From: Macrostomum lignano
Taxonomy: Eukaryota
Reading direction: 5' to 3'
Assembly: GCA_002269645.1 (NCBI GenBank)
Contig: NIVC01002598.1
Coordinates: 1 to 64,000, forward strand
DNA: 64,000 bases
The translations under genes and the position numbers were made by a program. Below the pieces are notes generated by a model. The model searched no databases and was not told the DNA's origin. It saw nothing but the letters and a program-made list of their open reading frames with translations. Positions 38,428 through 50,400 of this stretch are shown piece by piece (the stretch's first letter is position 1; every line of letters starts with the position of its first letter).

Positions 38428-41400
38428 TCACATAGGGTTCTGCAGGTAGTAGCGATAGGCGGTCAGCGAACTGGACGAACTCGATCCGTGCCCGGGAAAC
38501 GGCAGCGGCTGCTGATAATGCTGAGCATGCTGCTGCTGGTACTGCTGCAACCGTTGAGACTGGGACAGATATTGATGCGGCTGCTGCTGAAGCCTGGACT
38601 GCTCGGCGGCTGAGGCTGCGTCTGTTGAAAGCAGCGGAGATGCCTCGTAACCGGCGGAGTCTCCCAGCTGACGGCGATAGATCGACGCATGCCGCAGCTG
38701 CGGCGGCGGTGGTGGCGGATGCTGCTGTGTCAGCGACATTGGAGTTGCCCGTTCTCTAGCGGGTGCGGGAGATAGCTGCTGCTGCTGCTGCTGCTGCTGC
38801 TGCGGATGCTGCATCAGCTGCCGCTCCATCCGACTAAGCTGGTCGAGCTCGCGCATCAGGGCGTCACCGTAGCTGCTACCCAATCCATAGTCAAAGACTG
38901 GCTGCGGCGGGCGCTGATAATTGCTTAGGCCGTAGCCGTAGCCGTAGCCATAGCCGTAGCCCTCGTAGATGTGACCAGCCACTCCAGAAATTCCGCCTCC
39001 GCCGCCTCTGAAAGTCACAGCGGCTCCGCTGGGGCCGTTCTCCCGGACTGGATGGACAACCGGGGGCAGTGTAGCAACACTCAGTTGGTTTTGCTGCTGC
39101 TGGTGACGCTGATAGGGCTGGTGGCGGCCAACAGTGGCTGTCCGGTTACCATGGTTACTGCTGCGAGCCGTTTCTTCCGTTAGTGTTGAAGCGTCAGCGA
39201 CGTTCCGACGCCCGGAAGCGGCGGCAGCGGCTGCAGCTGGACCGTCAACCAGGACGGCTGCTGATCGGTTTGCCGAGGGCTGGGCCGCCCTGCCGTGCGG
39301 TAGGCCGTCTGACAGGAATCGAACCTGCACCTCCTGCAACGAATAGGAGCACAGCACTGGCCTTTCCCGCCTGAATAAAACATAGTTAACGCGTTTCGCA
39401 TAGTTTTTGCTACTTTAAGTAGAGCAGTGCATGGTTTTAACTTTTCAGCTAGTTTTAACCTAGTCTTGACCTCGGGGGGGGGGGGGTACAGTGCTGAATA
39501 GCAACCTATCTACAGATCTCCGACCTTGACTATGTATGATTATTATCAGCTGACCAGGTGACAACAAATACAAACCTTATTCGAAGTGCTATCAGCTTGT
39601 CTTCGCCTGCCTTTTCTGTAGTCCAACCTTCTGCGTCTGAAGTTAAAACATCGGAGAGAACTGTTGATACACCAGCAAATCTGGAATGCTGGAATGCAAG
39701 CGACTTTTGTCTATGGTGCAATCGTATCACAATGCAGAAATTGTGCGGTGAATTAAAATAGCGTGCAGTAATGTAGAGATGACGTACGATCCGTGGAACG
39801 ATTCAACCATGGGCCTCTTGCGTCTCATGGATTCTTTGCCAGGCATTGCTACCTCCAGGGAAAAAAGAAAAATCCGCATCTTGAACAATGTTCATTCCGA
39901 TGAACATTCACCAGATCAGATCGACTTCATCTGTGAATACTCAGGACAGGCTCACCTACCTCGGCCCAAACCCGAGCCTCTCTAACGTTTTTAGGCCCGA
40001 GAGTCTCTGCCAGCTCGTCCGCTACCTAAGGGCTACCTGGCGAGCAACCATCTACCTCCTGTGGACTCTCTGGAGTGGGACCGCCGCTGCGGACACCAGC
40101 ACCACCGGATCTCCCTGCGCGACATAGCAGCATCAGCTGCCCATGGTCGTCAGGGGCTGTATCCGGCTGCCCGGAACCCCCTGCAGCTGAGTCAAAGCAA
40201 GTCAAAGTCAGTCGATGTCTCGAGAAATTCAACGCTCGACATCCAGTCGAAGCTACCAACTGGGTCATAATCGCTGAGCATCACTGAATCACCCTTTTGA
40301 TTGACTGTTGTTTTAGGAATCGCTCCATGGATTGCTGTTGAAGCGCAAAAATCAATTTGCTGATGACGATGCTCCAGATAAATCTTCGCCAGGCAATGTG
40401 ACATTCAATTTGACATTCAATAAATGATTTGTACGTGAAGGGCCACTGAGCTTCGAGTTTCGCTTCCTGCAGAACGAACCGACCACAGATGATCTATTTG
40501 GTAACGCCCTGCGTTCTTAATTCGTCATTGGTTCCGCATTGCCGTAAATAACAAATCATATTCAAATTTTCCTTACTACTTACTATACGCTTAAATAGTT
40601 CCCATTTTTCCTTATCGCTTTCTTCCCTCGACTGCGCGGCCTCTATAATGTGAGAAAAATTCATCAAACCAAGAGAGGAACCAAATCGATTTCTTGGCCT
40701 TGGACGCCTGCAGTCTGACATCAGTTCCGCACTTATCGCACGCGCCCAATATTGTTCCATTAAGTTAAATAAGAGCTTAACTGCAAGTTTCCAGCGTGCA
40801 TGCAATAATAAATTCATAGCAAAGAACAGTTTTCAAGCCAACAAGCACAGTAGAGAGTAAAGAAGGACAGAAAGTTTGCCCAAAACAACAAGCAGTTGAC
40901 AACAATTTAAAGTAAAAATTATAAAATAAAACTGTATAAACCGAATTTACAGCCGCGCCGAGACGGCCCAGGTGCAATAAAGCGAATGATTGAAGCCTGG
41001 GCACCACAAGATCCGGGATGAGTTGCTGGGAGGTGGGAACCAGCCAGACAGGCGCACTGTCCTGCATAATTAAACTCTTAGCTGGGACCCTCACCTGGCC
41101 AGGAACCAGGGGAGAGGCCCAAACCGCCTCAAGGACGTTCTCTCACCCCAACACTCTTCAATGCTATTCCTTTCTTTCTGTCTTCTCTCTCGCTGCTCGG
41201 TCGATTGGAGAGGCCGCCCGTTGGAGCCAGCGTTGCAGGGAGATTCTCAAAACTTTCCATCAAGCCTTTCTTACCTATCAGGTCACTCCTATCTATCTGG
41301 CCTTCGATTTCTTTTCCTATCCAGATATAAAAGTACAAATTGCAACCAAATCTGAGACCCACCCAACCAGCTGATTGTGCAGCCATTGCAGCGGTTGGAA

Positions 41401-44400
41401 TGAAGTGTAAGACTTTGAGTCCAGAGAAGATTCAGTCAGACATGAACTAAGCAGACTCACATGCTGCAGGTCAGGTAGCAGATAGCTATGAGCAGGCCAA
41501 TAACGATGAGCAGAGCAATGATCATGGCCACTATTAGGCCCGTGTTCGATCGCGAAATTGCGCTAGCGGACGCCAGACTTTTCACGTAGTCTGCAAAACA
41601 ATTCATTAACTATGATTGGTGCAAACCGCGGCGCAATTAAAAATGAAAACACAAAGCAGAATAATGCAAAACAACACCGACAATTTAAGTTGGTTATTAA
41701 ACCGAAACAACAGAATAAGATTGAATAGAAACAAAGGAAACAACATCCAGGATGATCCCGCACAGATCAGAGCGGCAGTCCCGCAGCCTTACTTAGCCAG
41801 ATACCATGACAGTATGAGCATGAGAGCTATGACTACCGCTATGACCCCTATGGTCATGCGGGTCAGGACTCGGTCCACAGCCCGGGCCGCCGTGCTGCTC
41901 AGCAGCTCTGCAAACAGTTCCAGTGCGGATGCCTAATGCCAGCCTAATGATTCTAACTGGATGCCTAATGCCAGCCTAATGATTCTAACTGGATGCCTAA
42001 TGCCAGCCTAATGATTCTAACTGGATGCCTAATGCCAGCCTAATGATTCTAACTGGATGCCTAATGCCAGCCTAAATATTCTAACTGGATGCCTAATGCC
42101 AGCTTAATGATTCTAACTGGATGCCTAATGCCAGCCTAATGATTCTAACTGGATGCCTAATGCCAGCTTAATGATTTTAACGGGATGCCTAATGCCAGCC
42201 TAATGATTCTCACTGGATGCCTAATGCCAGCTTAATGATTTTAACGGGATGCCTAATGCCAGCCTAATGATTCTCACTGGATGCCTAATGCCAGCTTGTA
42301 GATTCGAACCTCAATTTGTACTTTCCCTTTTCTAGGTTGGGTTTCTCCCTCCCCGCAGTCACTCTCTCCCTATCTCTCTCCCGTCCCATTTCCGTACTGC
42401 ACTACAAAAATCAGCCGAGTCCCGTTTTGGATCGAACTCCCGCATCGACCCGCCCAGCTGCTAAACACTGCTCTCACAGGGCGGAGGGAATCCTAGTGGG
42501 TTGAGGATAACTTCTTGGCTTATTTTCCCCACCAGAAGGCGCTCGGCAAAGAGACTGACAGGAATTTCTGGATCCACTGGACCGGAAAGTGCAAGCAGAA
42601 GCCCGTGTACTTGGGTGCAGGGGCGAGAGAGTTCGGGCTAAGGAGAGACATCACTGAGGCCGTAAATGGGCAGATTTTAAGCGAGGATTTTCAGTGGACC
42701 GAGTCGCAGGCAGTCTCCGGGTAATGAGGATGCACCACTAAGCGGACTGGGAAGGGTAGGCGGGCGGCTATTCAAGCTGTTTGTTTCTGGTCATCTGGGG
42801 GTGCGGTTCTAGTTATGCTGAATTCTGGTAAACATCTAAATGCATTTCTCCTCAGATATTTCCCAAGTGACTTTTCTTATTTCTCATTTTGAACTCCCGA
42901 TTTCTCATTCTGAGTTTCCAATTTTTCATTCTGAACTTCAGATTTCTCGTTCTGAACTCCAGATTTCGCATTCTGAACTCCAGATTTCTCATTCTGAACT
43001 CCAGATTTCTCATTCTGAACTCCAGATTTCTCATTCTGAACTCCAGATTTCTCATTCTGAACTCCAGATTTCTCATTCTGAACTCCAGATTTCTCATTCT
43101 GAACTTCAGATTTCTCGTTCTGAACTTCAGATTTCTCGTTCTGAACTCCAGATTTCTCATTCTGAACTCCAGATTTCTCATTCTGAACTCCAGATTTCTC
43201 ATTCTGAACTCCAGATTTCTCATTCTGAACTTCAGATTTCTCGTTCTGAACTTCAGATTTCTCGTTCTGAACTCCAGATTTCTCATTCTGAACTCCAGAT
43301 TTCTCATTCTGAACTCCGAATTTCTCATTCTGAAACAAATATCCTTTTTCTAATTCAGAATAATTTCTTTAAAATAATTAATTTTCCCAACTACGGTCTT
43401 TCCCTATCCTGAAATCCCTTCAAAGTCGCTCAGATCCCCCGGCCTGATAATTACGCTGGAATTCAACGCAATTCCCATGGTGACGAGCCGCCTCCGCAGC
43501 CGTGGTGAGGCACCTGTAATTAAAAGCATGATTCGATAGGGTGAAGTGACGTGTCATCTGGCTTAGCCTGTTTCATTAATTATAAAAAGATTAGCAAATG
43601 TTAGTTGAAAATATTATATCAGCAAAGCAGTTATACATTTAGCTTGTAAAACAAACTCTTTAGTAGTCATACTTGACTTTGTCTAGATTTATTGTCAAGA
43701 AGTTGACCTCAACTTGTGTGAAAGGAGTTAAGAAAATCAATTTTGATTCAGTAGCAGCAATAAAATTTTGTTTTGAGTTATCGTGTTATTTAAAACCAGC
43801 AGAAACGCCAATTTGACAATCGTTTTAACAAACATAGGCTGGTCGAAACTATGACTCATATGACTCACTCTGCTCAAAAGCGTCATCATCAAATTTTTCG
43901 CAAATGAGACCAGTGTACGGGCTCGGGCATCTGGAATCAAATCGTCATTTTAAGCAAAACAAAAAAATTAATGAAAATTATTCAACTACGAGCGTAATTG
44001 TGATTTAAAAAATTTCCGGATTTTGGCGCGAATTTAAATTGCAATGAGTAGACGAACGGTTTATATTCAACAGATAATGCAGGAGGGCTGTGGAGACTCC
44101 AGCACAATGCACAACCAGCTGTACGCGGATACTGTACGCACGACAACCCCCAGCCCAGTTTTCGCGCACAAGCCCCAGATGAGCTTGGAGTCTGCGCAAG
44201 GTATCAAACCAAAGGGGTCGCTGCCCGAGATTCAGACACGTTTAACGGCTGAGCTGCCCTGCCCCCTAATTGAGCACTTTAGTCCCCGCTTTCTCATGCT
44301 GTACTTTTAGAACAGCGCCTTAGCATAAAAGAGAGCAGAGAGTGGGGGGGGGTCAGAGAAAGTCCAGAACTGAGACAGGAACAGAAGTGCCTCGATATGT

Positions 44401-47400
44401 GACTGCCCGGCCAAATTGCAGGCTAAATTGGTCCCCAAGGGCCCAGCAGGGAGCGGCCTGTGATGAATAAAAAAATCTGCGTCGCTGAAAATCAGCGCAA
44501 TATTCGCCTGTTAACAACGCTCTCTGGCGCGCACTGCAGCCAGGGGAATTCCGTTGGGAGTGGGGAGTAGGGTAAGGAGGCGAGGGGGGCGATTAATCAG
44601 ATCCTGCGACAGGATTCGAAATGAATTCGAGTGATGGCTGGGGAAGGGAGAAGGCGGCTAGTTAGGGCGACTATTGGGGATTTTGGGACTTCTTGGCGGG
44701 ATTGGATAATGATGCTCCAGTGCGCTATGAAGGCGGGAAAACTGATAGACTTGGAGGGCACTCGCGCGACTGAGTGGCAGAAGCTTTGGGAGAGAAGCTG
44801 GTAGAGAGAGAGTTGGTGTGTGCGTCACAGGGGATTCAATGAGAATAGAAGAGAGGAGAATATGAGACATACCATGGTATATTGGTTGGAGGCTGAGGGA
44901 AGCGGAGAGGGGCAGCGGAGAAGGACAAGCGGTGAGGGCCAGGCGGTGAGGGCCAGGCGGTGAGGGGCAGGCGATTAGGGGGCAGGCGGGGAGGGACAGG
45001 CGGTGAGGGGCAGGCGATTAGGGGGCAGGCGGGGAGGGGAAGGCGGTGAGGGGCAGGCAGTGAGGGGCAGGCGGTGAGGGCCAGGCAAAATGAGCAATCG
45101 AGCTCGGCCGAGAATGGGAGAGACTGCGCGCTGAGATGAGGCTTAGCGGGCAACCGCAAGAGGCCAAATAGCAGCTGATGCACTCTCCACCTCTCTCTGA
45201 TTGATTGATCGGCGATGAGGTGCGCAGGCTAGTCCAGACTCGCGGAACTTTGATGAAGATAAAAACTGGATGCGAAAGTCTCCAAAGCGCAGGCTTAAGC
45301 GCGGGTTTAAACATTTGAGAACAGGAAAATCAAGCTAGCAAGGAGAGGTCTGTTTGCTCTGCAGAACAAGCTCCAATTTTCATGGCTGAATTCCTATCCA
45401 GTGTTTGCTCTGCCCGCCAATCTCAGTTAGTCCATCTTGTGCTTTAAAAAATCGGAAATATAAATCGCTGTGGAGTACGAGAGGAGCCAGTCGATCTGAC
45501 ACCACACGCTGGGTGCAGGAAAACCTATGCTTGTTCCTTGAGCCTGCCTGTCTTAAGGAAGTGGGAGCAATCGCCAATATGGATTTCTGAGTACTCGTGT
45601 CCCTTCAGCAATCAGGTCCCGTCTCTCTGCCCCGGTTACTTCAGGATGCGAGGTGAACTCCTGCCGAATAGACCTATGCTTTTGACAAAATTGTTTTCGC
45701 TACAGATAGGTGGAAATTAACTTTGCTAGCTTATCCAGCTTAGCCAACAAAGTTATCAACACTACATATCGGTAGAAATCAACTTTTCCAACTTGAATCT
45801 TGAGCCAATAAAGTTATTAACAATACAAATCGGTAGAAATCAACTCTTCCAACTTGAATCTTGAGCCAATAAAGTTGTCGAATAGACAATAAACTAATAG
45901 AACGAGATTTAAGTGGTGCAGAAAGGAAGAGAGAGAGGTGAAGGGCCTAAGCCGCCAGATTAACTTGTATTTATACTAACAGAATGAACAGGTTAGTTGT
46001 ATAATCTATGGTGAATTAACGATTGAGATTGTCTGTGGGGAAGAGCATGGTAGACGAAGGGAGTCGGCTAACTGAAAAGTACAAGGCTGAATTGCAAAAC
46101 AGAAAGTACAAATAATTGGAGGATGGAAATCCGACAGGCTCGGGGGCCAACAGGTAACGATAAATAGCGGGGATTTTGAACGGTAAAACGGTAGAATTAT
46201 TAACTTGTGACTGTGAGTATTCGGTTATGTAGTTCAGTTCAGGCGTCAAAAATGCCGTCACGGATTTTTTGCCGGCGTATGGCGCGCTTGTCGCGGGGTG
46301 ATTGGCCAGTCGGCGGGCGGACAGGTGGACCGGCAGGCGGGCCGGCAGGCGGGCCGGCAGGCGGGCCGGCAGGCGGGCCGGCAAGCGGGCCGTTGATGTC
46401 ACACTCGAGGGGTACGAGGTGTCCAATGGATCGCCGGACATCGTGGCCAGATACGGTGCGGATGGTCACATACCGGACGACACCGGTTGGGTCCGGATGC
46501 AGCTGCAGAATCCGGCACACTTTCCATGTCGCTCGAGGCGTAGGTTCAGCCAGCAGACAGGCTTGGCCGGGTTGAAAGCTGATGCCGTCGCTGGTGTGCT
46601 GTCTGTGGCGATGCCGTTCTTGTAGATGGACTGACCGGAGATGGCTGAGGTACTCCTGTCTCCACCGGCCCCAGAACTCGTTAAGGATGGCGTCGCGGCG
46701 GCGATGAAGAGCTCGGAGGCGGTCAGCAGTGGAAGTACCGGCAGGCAGGAAGGCGTCGTGGTGGCCCGGAAGTAACAGGTGAGGGCCAACCCCGAGGAGG
46801 TGAGCCGGAGTCAGCGGTGACGGATCGGCCGGGTCGTTGGAGACAGTGGTCAGCGGCCGGCAATTGAGGATGGCCTCGATTTTGACGAGGAGAGTGTGTA
46901 GTTCCTCATCGGAGATGCGTTTGCGCCAGAGGGCGGGACGAAGACTGGACTTTGTGAGGGCGACGAGGCGCTCGACCGCGCCTTGGTGCCAGGGGGCTCG
47001 GGCTGGCGCGAACTTGAACACCAGGGGTCGCGAGGCGGCGAGTGGTCCGAGGTTGTTGTGGAGCTTTTTCTGGAAGTCGGTGGCGATGTGGTTCTCGATG
47101 AACTTTCCTGCGGCTTGGAAGGCGGTGGCCTGGTCAAGGTAGACAGTGCATTTGGTGAGACCGCGGCGGCACCAGAAGCGCTCGAATGCGTGAAGGACGG
47201 CGTCAGCGGAGTAGTCGTAGAGGATCTCGATGTGGAGGGCTCTTGAAGTGCAGCACGTGATGAGCAGGGCCCAGCGCTTGGTGGAGACTCTGAGCTTATG
47301 GTCGTAGGTGAAGACGGGCCCGAGCTGGTCGACGAGTACGGAGGCGAAGGGACCAGCTTCGGCGTCTAGGCGCTCCTTGGGCAGTTGGCCATGTGCGGGC

Positions 47401-50400
47401 GGCGCGCGAGTTGAGCCTTTGGCGAGGCGGCACTGGATGCAGTCGGAGAGCGCATCACGGACGGTTAGGAGGCCCTTGGGCACCCAGTATTTGTCGCGGA
47501 GAATGGCGAGAACAGTGGAGGCACCAGCGTGGCTGTTCTGACGATGGATGAGCAGGATGAGCAGCCGGGTCAGGCGATGGCCGGGCGGCAGCAGGAGCGG
47601 GTACTTGCTGTCCTCATCCATGGAAGCGTTGGCGAAGCGGCTGCCGAGGCGGATGAAACCGTCACAGAGATGAAGATCCAGTTGGGTGATGATCTTCTCA
47701 GATTTGGGCCGGCCGCACTCGAGGGCTTGGATGACGGTTCCGTAGCACTCAGTTTGGGCTACTCGGATCCACAGGAGAAGGGCCGTCTGGCGTTCGGCAT
47801 GAGAAGGCGGGAAGTCTTTCGAGAATTGGCGTCGCTGGATGTAGGCCTTCAGTCGGATGAGGTAGCAGGTGACGCCGAGGATGTGTTCAAGGCGGTTGGA
47901 GCGCTCGAGGCTCAGGTGGCCAGGCGTGGCACAGGCAGCAGATCCAGTAGCGATTAGAGTAGCCCCGAGTGTTGTAGGCTTCTTCCTAGCAGGGACACCT
48001 TTCAAAAGGCAAGGGTCAGGCGCTGAAGCGGTCCAGGAAGGCCAATCGAGAAACGGCCGCTTGAGGAAGGCGGGGCCCTCGTAGAAGCTGGACTGCTGCA
48101 GTTGAGCTAAGCTGAGTGGCTTCGTGCAGTGGTCGGCGGGGTTCTCGGCTGTAGGTACGTAACGATAGTCACGTGTAACATCGGAGTCAAGGATCTGTTG
48201 AACGCGACGCGACTCGTAATCACGGAGTTTGGCACCGTTGGCAAGCCAGTGAAGGACGATCTGGCTGTCAATAAAGTGAGTGACGCCTTCGAACTTGAGG
48301 TGATCTCGCAGGGCGTCGAGAATTACAGATGCGGCGCGGGTGGCGATGAGAGCTGACCAGAGCTCGAGGCGTGGGACGGTGACGAGGAGGCCCTTCTTGG
48401 CGGCAGGAGCAAGACGGGTCTTGGCGAAGACGAGGCGGCAGGTGATGCTGGAGCCGAGGCTCTGCCAGATGTAGATGGTGAAGCCATAGGCACCCGGAGC
48501 ACCGTCGGAGAAGATGACGAGGCGGACTGGCTGACCCGCATCCTGGGCGACGAAGCGAGGGACGTTGATCTCATCGAGGCGGAGGAGGTCTGGCAGGAGC
48601 TTAGCCCAGGCGTCGCGGATCTCGGGTCTGGCCGCTTCATCCCAGGAGTCGGAGGCTTGGAAAGCCTGGCGATATAGAAGGCGACCGCTGAGGATGAGTG
48701 GAGCGGCGTAACCGGCTGGGTCGTAGGGGGTGTGGACACCTTGGCATAGCCTTCGGCGGGTGAGTTCCTCTGGGCGTGGCAGGTTGGGCTTCTTGAGAGC
48801 GATGCGGTCTGCGCTGGTGTCCCAAGTGAGACCCAGAAGGCCGACTTTGTGACTGCGGATGCAATCCTCACTGGGAATCGTGGAAAGGCAGTTGGGCAGA
48901 TTGGTGGCAAACTCGCGAAGATGAAAACAGGCTCGCCGGAAGAGCTCGCGAAGTCCACGGACTAGTCGGGCGGCGTCCTCCTCAGTGTCGGTTCCGACGA
49001 TTAGATTGTCGACGTAGAGACCACCTATGACGCGTTCGAGCTCCGTACGAGTCAGACATGTTTCTCCGGAGTTAAGAGCGTCGAAACAAATCTTGTGCAG
49101 AACTGCGAGAAGGATCCACGGGCTGGGAGAAGCACCCATGACGATACGGGTGAAGCGCCATATTTCAAAGTTGCCGTCGATGAGGGGTTGAGAGATGTCT
49201 CTTGGGAGAATGATACGGAGAGCGTCTCGATGGCGTTCATTGACCCCGATCTGATAGAACGCAGCTTGGAAGTCGGACGAGATGGCGAAGCGGTGGGCGC
49301 GATGGACTAAAAGGACTTGGAGTAGAGAGGTCAACAGGTTTGGTCCAGGCTCCAGAAAATCATTAAGCGTAGCGCCGGAAAGAGAGGTCTGTGCTGATGC
49401 GTCGACAACGGGGCGAATTTTTGTGGTGTTTGAGCTTTCCTTGATGACAGGGAAGTGCGGTAGAACGTGAAGGATCTGCCCGTTGTTGTCTCGCTTGGGG
49501 TCGACTCGCTCTAAGACTCCTTCGGCTTTCCGTTTTTCGAATTCGGCGTAGTAGGCCTCGCGCTCGGGAAGGCTGAGGCGGCGGTGGGTGGCTTGAGCAC
49601 GACCGAAGGCCTGGCCAAAGTTGGAAGGTAGGAGCTCGGCACCAGGCTTGAATGGCAGGTCGACGGAGATGCGACCGTCAGGGCCGCGGGTGGAGGAGTC
49701 GAGGAGGCGCTGAGTGGGTCCGTCGTCCTGCAGGCATGGCTTTCCGGCACCCTTATCGATGCCCAGAACCTCGAGATTGGACATGCGGTCCAGGAGTCGG
49801 TCGAGGTGAAGGCTTTCGTTGTTGATATTGAGGTAGGTGTTAGCGACGAGAACCTGGGAGGAGCCGAGGAAGCCGTTGATGCGCCGGGTGCTCGTGCTGT
49901 CGAGGGAGCCGTTGAGAATTGCGCCGAAGGGTGTCAGGTATGCGGTGAGGGTTGGTCGCAGAGCCAGGGCAGGAACGGCGGGGCCGATCAGGAGCTGGTT
50001 GACGTCGCCGCCGAGAATGAGGTCGAGTGAGATGTCTTTGTCACGGGCAGGTGGAAGGTTGCAGACGCCGTTTGGGACGCTCTGGAGGGTGTTGAGGACG
50101 TCCTTTGGAAGATCGACGGCGGGCATGTAGATCGGAGCTGCCAGCTGTTCAGACGCGAGGGCGGTGATTGGCCAGCGGCGGCCATCCGGAGCCTGGAGGT
50201 CGAAGCTTACAAGATCCGCGGTGACAGGGCGCCTGGACTCTGCATGAAAGGTAGATGTGGCAATCGTAAGCTTCCTGGCGGCCTTGAGTCCAAGCTTGCG
50301 AGCGACGGCGCCGTCGAGGTGAGAGTAGGAGCACCCTGAGTCGAGAAGGATGTTGCAATCGACAGTGCGGCCGTCCTTTGGGTTGACGGCAGTTGCTCGA

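Noticed and set aside
41789-41792. Stop codons immediately after both TM-exon donors as designed tail-less isoforms
   Set aside because: Any phase-2 GTAA/GTGA donor gives an in-frame stop on read-through, so this is uninformative
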